Assembly (NCBI RefSeq): GCF_021028975.2
Contig: NC_059430.1
Location: 61,380,001 to 61,444,000 of the forward strand
Direction of reading: 5' to 3'
From: Sphaerodactylus townsendi
Lineage: Eukaryota
DNA: 64,000 nt
Below, piece by piece: positions 1 through 11,550 of the stretch; within the stretch, counting starts at the first letter, position 1, and every line of letters begins with the position of its first letter. The translations under genes were made by a program, and so were the position numbers. A model generated the notes under the pieces. It was not told the origin of the DNA, did not search any database, and saw nothing but the letters and a program-made list of their open reading frames with translations.

Positions 1-1140
1 ATTCCAGCCACTTAAACAAAAAGATACAAAGATAAGTAAATGAACATTTCCCAAGAAACACAAGAGCGTCTGGTAACAAAAAATTGTTATTTCTCCTAGA
101 CATTACCCATCCTTATCTACCTACAACAAAGGGGGAAAATACAGTTGGGATGATTATTATATCATCAGTAAAATTTAATTATAAAATAATAAATACAGCT
201 TTATACATTTTAAATTGAAATTGAAGGTTAATAAAATTTTCAGATGTTTTCTCACACATACAAAGCAAAAGGTCCTTAATTCTGCAAAGAATGGCTGGAG
301 AAGGAAGCCACTAGACAAACAGTAACAGGATTCATGATTTTGAAAGTGAAGGGGAAAACAGATCAGATATGTGTACTGGACACAATGAATACATAACAGC
401 ATCTATCGTCCAGGCAAGATATAAACTGTCCAAGAGATACATTTTCCCCAGTATAATAAGTGAAGCATGGGTTTTTCCCCCTGAATTTCTGTGTTAACGT
501 AGGCAAAGCTTGCACAAAAAATGAACATTTGGCGTTTTTTTCACCCATACTAAACTACTTCCTAAGCAGTGCTTAAAATTACTTCCCTGAAAATTTCAAT
601 AAAATATGCACAAAGCTGCATCAGTTAATCCTGCTTTAAAAGGCAGAAGTGGAGCAGAAGACATTGGGCAGAAGACATTGGGAGTGTTATTTGAAGGGGC
701 GAAGGGAATGTATTATAGGAGAAAATTCCTACGGCATTAGAAAGCAGCCAGATAACTCCTTGTTGAGAACCAATCAGTTTGATGCCAACCAAGCTGCCTA
801 GATCACATGGAAATTGGGAAGCAGGAAAATCTCTCTCCTTTGCAGCAAGCACCTACTGCATAAACTCACTGTTTAATTCTCCATAATATAAACAAGGGAA
901 AGAGATTTCTTCTTTCAATTTTCTTTGACTAGCATTATTTTACTATCAATAATAAGCTACTGCTGCATGCCTTGATACCAGCATACATATCCCAAGTTAA
1001 TATAAGTCAAATCAACACCTGCAGCACACAATTTACACTCAAAGGAATAATACATTAGGCGAAGATTTTGAATACAGTACCATAACAGTAAGACAAGTCA
1101 AACAGCAGACTATGAAGCAGACAAGGAAAATTCAACATAC

Positions 1141-1270
1141 CAACATCTTTCAACACAATCAAGAATTCTGACTCTGGCAAGCCATAGGCATTAGATGGCT
1201 CTTCTAAAACCGTATACAAACTGCCACATGGACAAAATTCCATAACAAGAACTTTATGTCTAGAGGTTGT
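1141..1270 (-). CDS. TBK1: TBK1 exon 4 (kinase domain; [43 protein letters not shown])
   Basis: Translation matches TBK1; ttccag acceptor at 1272-1271 and gtatgt donor at 1140; 130 bp. The gene continues beyond the window start. Confidence 0.96.
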
Positions 1271-1762
1271 CTGGAAAAGAAAAACAAAAGATCTGTGAAT
1301 TACATGAATCAAGTCACCTTGTTATAAGTAGATTGCCATACTGGTCAAAACATTTTGCAGACGAGAGTATTATTTGAGTACCATTAGTACTCAGATAATA
1401 AGTTCAATGGGGGCTTCACACAAGCCTGGGTATTCTTCCCTGTGGCCTTCAAATTCAGGTAAAATTATCTTAAGCCAATGCTTATCATTTTGAAGCTATT
1501 CTTCATATTACCAGACGAGGGAGAGTCAATTCCTGTGAAAGATACCCTTCCTTTTTAAAAAGTCTCAACTTTCATCTTTGCTACCAAAGTTGTCAGACTT
1601 TCCCCCCACTTTACTATACCTCACATGCTATTTGGAAGTTCTGTTGTGAAATTTCAAGGATTCATTTATATCGCTACTGCATTATTACTTGAGAAGACAG
1701 CAACAAAAATCTCATCCAGGAGATAAGAATGGTAGTCTTTTTGAAAAAAGAGGCTAGAACTA

Positions 1763-2038
<276 letters not shown>

Positions 2039-2224
2039 TTAAAAAATTGAAAACATGTTATAAAAGAAGTTTACCAATGAAATGTTTGCTTATCAATGAA
2101 ATGTTTACAAGTTCCATAATACAAAATTATAATATTAACAGTGGAAAATTTTGTACATAGATTTAATCATAATAAAAGATGACAGAGTATAAAAATGCAC
2201 ATAGTATTTACAACTTTACTGTTA

Positions 2225-3097
2225 CAGTGGTACCTCGGTTTTCGTCGATAATTCGTCCGAAAGGAATCGACGAAAATCAAAATCGACGAAAACCAAGGCA
2301 CCTGTAAGGAATTCCATAGAAGCAGAAATAAAAGGCTTTTTTGTGTAAAAGACCGTTTATTCAGACATCCTAGAAAGCTCACGTACACGACGTGGCAGGA
2401 ATAAAGTCTCCCGCCAGAAGCACAGGTTATAACTCTGTCCATCCCATCCCCCCTCCCGGATTCCCATGGGAACGGAGTTCTCATCTCTCTCGCAGAGATA
2501 AGGTCTCCGCCAGAGTCTCTGCCGCAGATGCTGGCCCATCGCCCGGGTTATTGAATTCAGTCAAGGCCAGGCGGCTGCCCTGAACATCAACACCACTGAA
2601 TCCTTTACAGCACCATTTCCCATAGGAATCAATGTAAATCCAATTAATCCATTGGAGGCACTCCAAATCCATTGGAGGCACTCCTTGAATGGATTAATTG
2701 GCTTCCTCAAACCCCAGCTGGGAGGCAGATTGAGCTCCTTATTTGGGCAGTGACATCAGGGGGAGTCACTGCCCAAATAAGGAGCTCCCTCTGCCTCTGG
2801 GCTGACTGGGGTTTGAGGAAGCTAACAGAGCAGAGGAGCTCCTTATTTAGGCGCAGTAGCATCAGGGAGTGTCACTGCCAAATAAAACTCTACCGGCTAA
2901 TCAAGCCAGCAGGTTTCAGGTTTCATGGACTTTTTGTCAGTTTCGGTTTTCGTGGACTTTTTCTGGGCAAATTTTTTCTGTGTTTGAGGACGAAAACCGA
3001 GGCAATCGACAAAAACCGAGACAAAATTTGCCCAGAAAAAGTCGATGAAAACTGAAACCGACGAAAACCAAAGTCAACAATAACCAAGGTACCACTG
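2225..3097. mobile_element. Tc1/mariner (Tigger/pogo-like) MITE
   Basis: TIRs CAGTGGTACCTCGGTT / AACCAAGGTACCACTG, TA on both sides, sub-terminal GACGAAAAC repeats, internal hairpins. Confidence 0.88.
2303..2590 (-). mobile_element. Solo LTR nested in the MITE
   Basis: Begins TGTAAG, ends ...ACATCA(A); CACC duplicated at 2299-2302 and 2591-2594; minus-strand TATAA then AATAAA (tttatt 2356-2361). Confidence 0.6.
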
Positions 3098-3199
3098 TAC
3101 TTTATAAATAGGGTTGACTAAAAAACAGAAAGTAAATTCTGTAAAAAACATTTCCTTCCATCATTTTCCAAGAGAAAGATCAAAATTTCAGCTCGTATA

Positions 3200-3787
3200 C
3201 CGTATATATTTGTGTATAAGCCGACCCGTATATAAACCGGGGCACCTAATTTTACCATCAAAACCTGGGAAAACATTATTGACTCACGTATAAGCCGAGG
3301 GTGGGAAATGCAGCAGCTACTGGTAAATTTCAAAAATAAAAATAGATACCAATAAAATAAAATAGATACAGTGGTACCTCGGTTGGGGTTTGAGAAAGCC
3401 CAGCCAGCGGGGAGGCAGAGGAAGCTCCTTATTTGGGCAGCGACATCAGGGGGAGACACTGCCCAAATAAGGAGCTCCTTCTGCTGCCGGGCTGGGGTTT
3501 GGGGAAGCCCAGCCAGCAGAGGTGCCTCGGGGTTCCCCCTTCACCCTCCGAGGAGGGCAGCAACAAGTGGCTTGTGCAGCCGCACGGAGGTTGTCCCGGC
3601 TGCCCGCAGCCTCGGCAGAGGCCTGACGAGCCCACAGACTGCGGGGATTTCCCCTTCGCCCTCCAGGGAGGGCAGCAGCAAGCGGCTTGTGATTGCTGGT
3701 AAGTGATGACTCGCCTATAAGCCAAGGAGGCCTTTTTCAGCCTTAAAACAGGGCTGAAAAACTCGGCTTATACGCGAGTATATAAAG
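3200..3787. mobile_element. Tc1/mariner (pogo/Tc2-like) MITE with captured interior
   Basis: TIRs CCGTATATA...GTATAAGCCGA / TCGGCTTATACGCGAGTATATA, TA flanks. Confidence 0.85.
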
Positions 3788-4147
3788 TACATAAAGACAG
3801 TCCGTTCTGATTACTAAGTTAAGCATGTAGTTGACAAAAGCTCTTTCTTACCAATTAAACTAGATGTAATTTTTGACAAGATAGCTCTATACATCATGCT
3901 ATGGCTTCTTAAAAAGCAAAAAAACCTCCACATACATTTGATACAAAAACAACTGATGGATGCAGTGGTTACAGCATCAGTCTATGACTTAAAAATCAGA
4001 TTCAAATCCCATCATGAGAGAAAACTAAGGCTCCAGGCAAGGAGAACACCCCTATTATTATTAACTTTATTGACAGGCCACTCTTTTGATTTTCAGAGTG
4101 GATTACGGAATATAAAATAAGGCAATCAGACAGAATATTATTTATTT

Positions 4148-4430
4148 AAGGTAAAAAAAGTAAAGGAAGTCTCCTGCACAAACACTGGGTCCTGTCCCAT
4201 GGGGTGACATCACACCACATTTTCTAGGTAGACTATGTTTATGGGGTGGTTTGCTATTGCTTTTCCCAGTGACCTACACTTTACTCCCAGCAAGCTGGGT
4301 ACTCACTTTACCTTGGAAGGATAGAAGGCTGAGTTAACCCTAAAACTGACTTCTATTGGGATCAAATTTAGGTTGTGAGCAGAGCTTTGTTTTCAGTACT
4401 GCAGCTTACCACTCTGTGCCGTGGGGCTCC
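4148..4430 (-). mobile_element. Sauria SINE
   Basis: tRNA-like head at the right end (GGAGCCCCACGGCACAGAGTGGTAAG), diagnostic cccagcaagctgggtactca..ggaagg core and (CCTTTA)-type tail. Confidence 0.8.
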
Positions 4431-4986
4431 TATACTTTTTTATTTACCACTCAAAATATGTCCTATTTGAATCTAGTTCCCTAAGAAAAGCATATTATAA
4501 ATCACTGCTCTAAAAAAAAGTATTGTGTTTAAAAACAGCAGGATATATACTGTAAAACAATAAAACGAGCCTGAAGAATAAAACGAGCCTCAGCAGAAAA
4601 ACCAGGACATCAAAATCAATCACCTCCTAAGGCTCAAGTAAATGTTTTCAGAGCTTCCCAAATTGCTGAAGAATAAATATTTTCCTCCCCCTGCTATGGA
4701 AAACTATTCCAAATTGCAGCAGCAACAATGAAAAGGCTCTGGCCCCAGCTATGACCAATCTCTTTACCTTATAGGATCAATAAAGTTGGACATAACAAGA
4801 AAAGTTGCCATATAGGTTCATGTGGGCAGGGGAAGGGAGTCACCTTCTAAAGAATGAGAGTCCCAGGTCATAAAGGTGAAAACCAGCACTTTAAATTCAA
4901 TATGCAAGTGTGGCAGCCAGCTCAGTCATCAGCTGCCTCAAGCCAGGCTCTGGAAAGGCAGCATATAAACTTCCCAAGCAAAGTCA

Positions 4987-5212
4987 GATAGTGTGGAGAA
5001 GCAGTTAGGAGTGTTGCACTAGAATCTGGGAGACCAAGGTTTAAATCCCTATTATTTCATGGAAACTTGTTGGGAGACATTGGGCCAGTCGGTCACTCTC
5101 TCAGCCTAACCAACATGCTGTGTGGATGAAAAGGAGGAACAGAAAATGCTGTTATTAGCTGTTTTGAGGCTCACTGGGGAGAAAGACGGGGTAGCAATGA
5201 AGTAAATAAAGG
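4987..5212 (+). mobile_element. tRNA-derived squamate SINE (Squam-like); related copies at ~6720-6880, 32980-33160, 54055-54250, 60185-60270
   Basis: A/B-box-like head (tctgggagaccaaggtttaaatccc), ctcagcctaacc core, A-rich tail. Confidence 0.65.
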
Positions 5213-5577
5213 TATTTATTGACTTCATGGGGTCTCATGCATAGAATTCTTGGCCCCAGCTAACATATTTTGAACTAATTATATTTTTCTCATTGTTTTC
5301 AAGGGCATTCTTTGTTATAGTAACCCAGTCTAGAAAATTAGGTCAGCTGAGATTTGACAGGAAAATAAACTTCATGTCAAATGGTACTAAAAAGGAAGTC
5401 TTGATGGTTTCTTTGGTAAGTGACATGGATCCATCAGGACTCCCTGTCTTTTTGCTGAATCTGTTGATAGTTTCACTTCATACAAAGTAGGCAACACAGT
5501 CCTCCCTGCCAACCTTACCACCATTTTATTGGGATTAAGCTTCAGAATGTTTTCATTCATTCATCAGACCACAACAG

Positions 5578-6410
5578 CTTGGAGAATTGGAAGGGACTCC
5601 AAGGGCCATCAAGTCCAACCCCCTGCCATGAAGGAACACAAAATTAAAGCACTCCTGACAGATGGCCATCCAGCCTCTGTTTAAAAACCTCCAAAGAAGA
5701 AGACTCCATCACATTCTGAGGAAGTGCATTTTACTGCCAAACAGCCCTTACTGTCAGGAAGTTTTTCCTGATGTTTAGGTGGAGTCTCTTTTCCTTCACC
5801 TTGAACCTATTACTCCTGGTCCCTCACCAACATGACATCCCTTCAAATATCTAAACATGGCTATCATGTCACCTCTTAACCTTCTCTTCATCAAACTAAA
5901 CATATCCACCTCCCTAAGTCTCTCCTTGTAGGGCATGGATTCCCGACCTTTTACCATTTTGGTTGCCCTCCTCTGGACCTGTTCCAGCTTGTCAATATCA
6001 TTCTTGAATTGCGGTGTCCATAAATGTACTCAGTATTCCAGGTGAGGTCTAACCAATTCAGAATAGAGAGGTACAATTACATCCCTCAATCTAGACACTA
6101 TACTCCAATTGATACAGCTCAGAATCATATTGACTTTGTTGGTCGCCACATCACACTGCTGACTCATGTTCAGTTTGTGGTCTACTAAGACTCCCGGATC
6201 CCTTTCACATGTAGTGTTGTCAAGCCACTTTTTCTGCCTAAGTGTAGTATCTTACATTTATTTATCTCTGTTGAAATTCATTTTGTTTGTTTTGATCCAG
6301 ATCCAGATCTCTAATCTGTCCAGGTCATTTTGAATTCTGACTCTGTCTTCTGGGGTATGAGCTACCCCTCCTATTTTGGTGTCATCTGCAAATTTGATTA
6401 GCATGCCCTG
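5578..6410 (-). mobile_element. CR1 LINE 3' fragment
   Basis: Minus strand encodes the RT motif LIKFADDTK (~6373-6400); typical CR1 3' end (ggccatcaagtccaacccc). Confidence 0.9.
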
Positions 6411-6960
6411 ACTTAATTCAGAGACAATAACATTAGGTGCTGCAGCCTGTTCTCACCAACACTACCATATATATTGTGGCATTGTCAATCCCCATTTGTG
6501 CTAATATAAGATGCAAGTAGGCTGGGTTATAGTTTAGAATGCCATCTTTAATTAGGTTTTCCTATGTAGTTAGGTTTTTTAATGTTTCAGCATTAATTAT
6601 AACATGTGATTTTCTATGTTTTTATCTAACTAATTGATATATTGCCAATGGCTTTTATGTTCTGAATTGTTGTTAGTCACCTTGAGCCTGGTTTCGGATG
6701 GGAAAGGGTAGAGTATAAATTTAATAAAATAAAAATAAATCAGCTACACTGGATGAACTTGTAACAGTCATTCTTTCTTAGCCTATTCTACCTCACAGAA
6801 TTGTTGTGAAGATTAACCAGTAGAAGGGAGAATGTTTTGCAGTATGATAAGCACCTGGGAGAAGGGCGATATAAAAATAACAGATGGAAGGAGACTAAAA
6901 CAGTAAGTCTATTTTAATGACATAAAAACATTTTCAAGCATATGGACAGGATATACAAAC

Positions 6961-7047
6961 CTTGTGTCGTCCACGGAAAACATTTGCAGTAGCTCCTTGT
7001 CCCAGGATGTCTGATACAAGCCAAAGATAATTTGGAGTGCTCTGCAT
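6961..7047 (-). CDS. TBK1: TBK1 first coding exon ([29 protein letters not shown])
   Basis: ATG at 7047, Gly-rich loop GQGATA, gtttgt donor at 6960; probable acceptor at 7081-7080. Confidence 0.96.
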
Positions 7048-7889
7048 GTTTGCTCTTGATTAGGCAATTCTTATTTAAGCTTAAGAAGACATAATAATAT
7101 TTAGTTATCAAAATTCCAACATTAAAAAATTCTTTTTAATTATGAAGTTCATTTACATGACAGTTGTATGCATGTTATATACAACAAATTTTCTCTCACA
7201 AACTTCTCTCTTCTTACAGAAGATCATAAAGGTGGCCCAAAAAGAAGTAAATACCACAAAACATCAAATCATTTCTTCTCTGTTTAAAAGAAATGTTCTA
7301 TCTACTCTTGTCCCAATGTAAAGAATCTTTGCACATGTAGCGATTCTGATGCTCATTCAGCGATTCTGATGCTCACTCAAAAGCATTAAGACTCCCATAT
7401 TCACTACAAAGTTGAGAGATCCAAGCATACAATGAAATGTATTTTGCAGTAAATTAAAAAGTCTACATGATTCAGGAGTTCCTATACACTAAAATGACTG
7501 TGCAGATCTAAATAGGGAGTCTCTCTTCGTAAATATTCTATGCAATATGAAATTCAGAAACAAAAAAACCCTTTGTTTCTTCACTCTGAGGTATTAAAGG
7601 CAGGAATATTCCCAGTTCTTCTGAAATTCCCTTGTTCTGATCTTCTTGTTGGTCAGCTTTATTCTACATAACCTTCGGGGCGGGGGGGGGGGGGTGATAT
7701 TCAACTGTACCACCCCATACCTCACTGAAGTAAATCTATAACTGAATCAACTTAAGGAACTGAGGTGATCCCCCATTTACTCTTCCGTGTTTGATCTCAG
7801 ACATTATCATGCTAGAGGCTTTTCAAAGTTCAACCATAAAACACTAAAAATTTATCCAGAGGTATAGGACAAGGGTGGCGAGAAATATA

Positions 7890-8000
7890 TCATCGAAGAC
7901 TTTCATGACCAGAATGAACAGGTTGTTGTGGGGGTTTTAGGCTGCGGTCCAGTAGTTTTTGTTTCTAACATTTTGCCTGCATCTATGGCTGACATTTTCT
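7890..8000 (-). mobile_element. Penelope-like element terminal fragment (degenerate)
   Basis: Homologous to the copies at 43714-43807 and 47398-47488. Confidence 0.55.
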
Positions 8001-8309
8001 ACTTCAAAATTTTTCAGGAAATAAAAGGGTTCAAAGAAACTGTAACTCTAGAATGCTTCTGTTACTCATACTAATGTGAATGTCACACTTACAGAGATTC
8101 CCCCCAGGGAAGGCTTGTATCTGGAAAGCCTCAGTCTCATTTACTTCCTTAGGCCTTGTGAGATACTAATGATACACATCAGATACCTAATGTCTAGAAT
8201 CAAAACTCCTAGGGGGGCAATGTCCGAATCTTTAGTATAATAAATGCTGTACAAGGCATTTTCAGTATCTTAAAAAAAATTGCCCAGGCAATTTTTCAGT
8301 CAAATCTCA

Positions 8310-8472
8310 GAAGCTAAGCAGAGTCAATCCTGACAAATATTTGGATGGGACAACTCCAAGGAATACCAGGGTCATGAAACAAACTCAGACAATGGCAAAC
8401 CAGATGTGAATGTCTTTTGCCTTGAAAACCCCGCCAGGGGTCACCATAAGTTAGATGTGATTTGACAACAAA
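8310..8472 (+). mobile_element. 5S rRNA-derived SINE (5S-Sauria type); other copies at 33625-33810 (+), 38780-38960 (-), 60390-60550 (-)
   Basis: Degenerate 5S internal segment (gaagctaagcag...ttggatggga) fused to a Sauria/RTE-type tail. Confidence 0.75.
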
Positions 8473-8598
8473 AGAGGTTATACCACAATTACAGAGACTA
8501 ACATCCATGCCCACTTCTGGGTTTTTTGTGCAGCGCCTGATTAAGACCTTTAGAGGCCCTAAGCATTGTAAAAATTATGGAACCTCCATATACCAATA

Positions 8599-9660
8599 CT
8601 AGCGGGCCCGGCCACGCGTTGCTGTGGCAATTGTCCTTCTCATCACAGTCCGCAACCCACACAGATGTCTATGCAGGTCCAATTATCCCCAGCATAGCCT
8701 TTTGGGGTGGTCAAATGGAATCCCTCTTTCCCTTTTCAATTCACATTGTTATATGGTGGTGTCTTGTTTTTTTAGTATAAGGTAACCCTTTCCATTCCAC
8801 AAAGGAACTGTCCAGAGTGCGAATCCCGCTGTCCATGAGGCTGGTTGACACGCACAGTCCTGAGCTTTGGTGAGTAAGGCAAGAACTTGGGAACGAAGAA
8901 ACAGGGCTATCCCAGACAGAACAGCACATAGGCAGGGTGGTGAAGGCGTTCAGATCAAGGAGCCAGCTCCCTGGGTTCTTAAAGAGGCCACGATGCAATT
9001 ACCGAGAAGCAGAGCCAGTAGATGTTGGATTAACGCCCCCCACCCTGCAGATTTTCTTGGAAGGAAAAAAGGCAGAACTCTGGCTTCGCTTTTGGTAAAA
9101 GAGAGCTGTGGGCGAATATGGGTAAAGTGGTGGTTGGATGTGAGGGGAGGGGGCAGAGTGAAGGTGTGTGATGGATGAGCTGGATGTGGATGAAGAGATA
9201 GTGTGCTAGCAGCGTGGTAGCAGTGAGGTGAAGGAGCACAGAGAGTGAAAGTTACCAAGCGTGTGGGAGGGGAACCCCACGTGGCGATCTCCTACATGAC
9301 AAAGGAGTGTGTATGTGTTTCACTTCCACTCGTATTATCTAACAGTATTACCTATTTACTGTTTTCACTGCTCATCTGTGGCCAACTGAGCGAACATTCT
9401 AAGGGCATACCAAGCCCTCAGGCCACAGACATGCTGCACGAACATTCTAAGGGTGACAGTTAAAACACAGCCAGCTTCATGGCCTGGTGCGCCAGGAAAA
9501 AGACGTTTTACCTGGCTCAGGACTTTCGGCGATTTGAAGGTCCGATTACCTGCCGAGAATGGGGAGGGACGTCCTGTGAAAATTTGGGGGTGATCCGTCC
9601 AGCAGCTTCTGAGGGAGACCATCAGGGACAAACACACGTTTAGATTTTTATATATTTAGA
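8599..9660 (-). mobile_element. Non-autonomous Helitron (1062 bp)
   Basis: Minus strand reads A|TCTAAATATATAAAAATC...GCCACAGCAACGCGTGGC hairpin...CTAG|T; inserted at an AT dinucleotide with no TSD. Confidence 0.85.
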
Positions 9661-9715
9661 TGTAATTCAAAATAAAAATAGTATAGCATTATATACTGAT
9701 ATGTAATTCAAAATA

Positions 9716-9861
9716 NNNNNNNNNNNNNNNNNNNNNNNNNNNNNNNNNNNNNNNNNNNNNNNNNNNNNNNNNNNNNNNNNNNNNNNNNNNNNNNNNNNNN
9801 NNNNNNNNNNNNNNNNNNNNNNNNNNNNNNNNNNNNNNNNNNNNNNNNNNNNNNNNNNNNN
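9716..9861. other. Assembly gap (146 N)
   Basis: Run of N. Confidence 1.
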
Positions 9862-10772
9862 TTTGTATGAACTAAAACACCTTTTATTCCATGAATCAAA
9901 TATGCAAAATGTTTACCGTTACCTACTTCTAACTTTGTTTATACCACAAAAAGTTTTCTCCAGCTTTTTTAAATTGTGAAGTTTGTGATCAACTCAAAAT
10001 TAATCCTGACCTAACAAATCTGCTTCAATACTTAGCAGAGATAAGGAGAAAAAAAACTTCTATGGGGCTCTCTTTACTTGAGGCCCTAAGAATGTGCTTG
10101 TGCTTGTTTTGCTTAATGGTTAGTCCAGGGCATTGTGCCACTTATTTTGTTCAAAAATTACTTTATAAAACTTACATCTTCATAAAGCTTTTGTATATAT
10201 TTTAACAGTGATTTATTAGATTGCTTTATTGTTCCCATTTTATGTCTCAGGTTAGTGATACGATTTGTTGCTGCTGTCTTATATTGTTTATTTTTAACAG
10301 GTTACATTGTTTTAATTGAACTTCAAATCTCCTGAAATGTGGGTCCTGTTTTAAATCCTGTTTTTCTAAGATTCCTCTTTAGCAGGTTTTTGAAACTACT
10401 TAGAAGCACACATTTAGACAGGATGCACTTCCTTCTTCAAAAAGAGGTGCAAATTACCAGAAATTACTACAAAGAAGGGTTTGGGTGCAGCTCTTTAACT
10501 ACTCACCTTCTGAGTTCAACTGGATTTTCAAATAGGTAGCACCTTTTTGCAACCAACATGTAATTTGGGAGTTCGATCCCAAGTCTCTCAAATCTCAAAT
10601 TAACACTTGAAATGACAATAGAGGCATTAACTCCGGAGGGGAAGAATCCTTAATCAGTGGGAGGTCTGAGCCACACTCAGTCTCTAATAGGAACACGGAT
10701 ATGCCGAGTCATACATTACTCAGGATCTCACAGCTGAGCCCATAAACCACCTCCATTGCAACACATTTGCAT

Positions 10773-10796
10773 GGGAAAACAGTGAAACGAAACCTC
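10773..10796 (-). promoter_or_regulatory. ISRE/IRF-E-like element in TBK1 intron 1 (AGGTTTCGTTTCACTGTTTTCCC on - strand)
   Basis: Three GAAA cores; the GGTTTCGTTTC core matches Mx-type ISREs. Function untested. Confidence 0.45.
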
Positions 10797-11200
10797 TGTT
10801 ACAATTCGTGCTGGCTGCCTCTTCCAAGAGTGGGGTCCCTTAAGACGCAAAGTAGGCAGACATGGGAAAATAGCGGAGGAAACAGGATGCGGAGTCTTTT
10901 GAGAAGGGACAAGGATGGGGGGCAGAGTCGTTAGCATCTAACGAAGACCCAGCCCTGAACAGTCCCGCGGGAAGGAAAAGATGGGAAGCTGGACCGAATG
11001 CACAGGGACAGGGGCTCATGTTCGTGGCTTGCAGAAGCAGGAAGTTTTGGCCACTGCGGGAAGCTGCACTTGCCAGGGACGCCTTCCCCTCTCAAACAGA
11101 GGAGTCAGCCTTCTTTCGTCCCTTCGTACGCACTTATTTCTTGCCTTTCCTCCAGCCGCCGCCTCTCTCCGGCCCAGCTGTTTCAAAGCAGGACAGCGCC

Positions 11201-11210
11201 GGGAATTCCC
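11201..11210. promoter_or_regulatory. NF-kB site GGGAATTCCC in TBK1 intron 1
   Basis: Perfect palindromic match to GGGRNWYYCC about 150 bp from the exon 1 donor. Confidence 0.45.
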
Positions 11211-11353
11211 CCACCTCAGGCCTGCGACGCTGACCAAGCAAGCCTCGAGCATTGAGGCGCTCCTCCCTCCCACCAAGGGGCGTCCTGCACTCGTCTTTTA
11301 AACAAAATGCAACCTGGCGACCCAGTCCCTGCAGAACCCTGTCCCCGCCTTAC

Positions 11354-11550
11354 CCGCTCCGAGCCCCCTGCAGTGCCACCCCCGGGCCGAAGAAGGCGGG
11401 GAAGGCCCTCCCTCGCCCGGGCGAATCCCCGCTCCAGCTCCCGCCACGAAGCGCCAACCACTTTCCCTCGCTCGGCTCGGTTCCCCGGCCTGCTTCCGGC
11501 TTCCTGACGCGGAGGAGGCGGGCCAGCTTCACGCAAGACCGAAGCGAGGC
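11354..11550 (-). other. TBK1: TBK1 non-coding exon 1 (5' end approximate)
   Basis: Lies in the CpG island; CGG|gtaagg donor at 11353; next gene feature downstream is the ATG exon. TSS is inferred. Confidence 0.65.

Larger units (their letters stand above)
8531..10135. mobile_element. Old hAT (Tip100-like) MITE split by the Helitron and the assembly gap
   Basis: Ends resemble CAGGGCCGGATTAAG / TTAATCCGGCCCTG; gaggccctaag at both ends; TSD unclear. Confidence 0.45.

Noticed and set aside
1-1140. TBK1 exon 5
   Set aside because: No HRDIKPGN/DFG-coding sequence found; it lies outside the window.
8310-8380. 5S rRNA-like sequence (also ~33640, ~38900, ~60500)
   Set aside because: Partial, degenerate and fused to a SINE tail; these are SINE heads, not rRNA genes.
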